Positions 49,351 through 49,421 of a stretch of 49,421 bases of DNA are shown here, in pieces. Position numbers and translations under genes: made by a program. The stretch is from NCBI RefSeq assembly GCF_001194135.2, contig NC_068982.1:148692017-148741437 (forward strand), given 5' to 3'. The stretch's first letter is position 1, and each line of letters starts with the position of its first letter. The DNA comes from Octopus bimaculoides (lineage: Eukaryota). The notes under the pieces were generated by a model. It made no database searches. It was not told the origin of the DNA and saw only the letters and a program-made list of their open reading frames with translations.

Positions 49351-49421
49351 GGTAAATATGTGAAAAAAGAGAGTCCATGTATGTGTTATACATGTGTTAT
49401 GTACATATTAGTCAGATTCTC

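Overview
AT-rich, microsatellite-dense eukaryotic genomic DNA. It is most likely from an octopod cephalopod (Octopus-like); this is an inference from the SINE families and repeat load. I find no confidently identifiable host protein-coding gene, RNA gene or CRISPR array. Almost all ORFs in the supplied track are artefacts of microsatellites, SINEs or N-gaps. The window is a transposon graveyard: three tRNA-head SINE families, many (GAT)n-tailed RTE 3'-end copies, degenerate RTE ORF2 pieces, R4/Dong-type RLE retrotransposon fragments, Penelope-like (PLE) fragments, a Charlie/Buster-type hAT transposase relic, a Tc1/mariner 3' end, and two MITEs with clear TSDs. Two signals stand out. (1) A set of fold-back PLE-type termini carries minimal hammerhead-ribozyme cores, repeatedly damaged at the same CpG. 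(2) A ~306 bp multi-template inverted-duplication patchwork (19799-20109) sits in what reconstructs to an AG|GTGAGT splice donor. I see no convincing wholly new biological system. Element boundaries were read by eye and may be off by tens of bases unless a TSD or arm is quoted.
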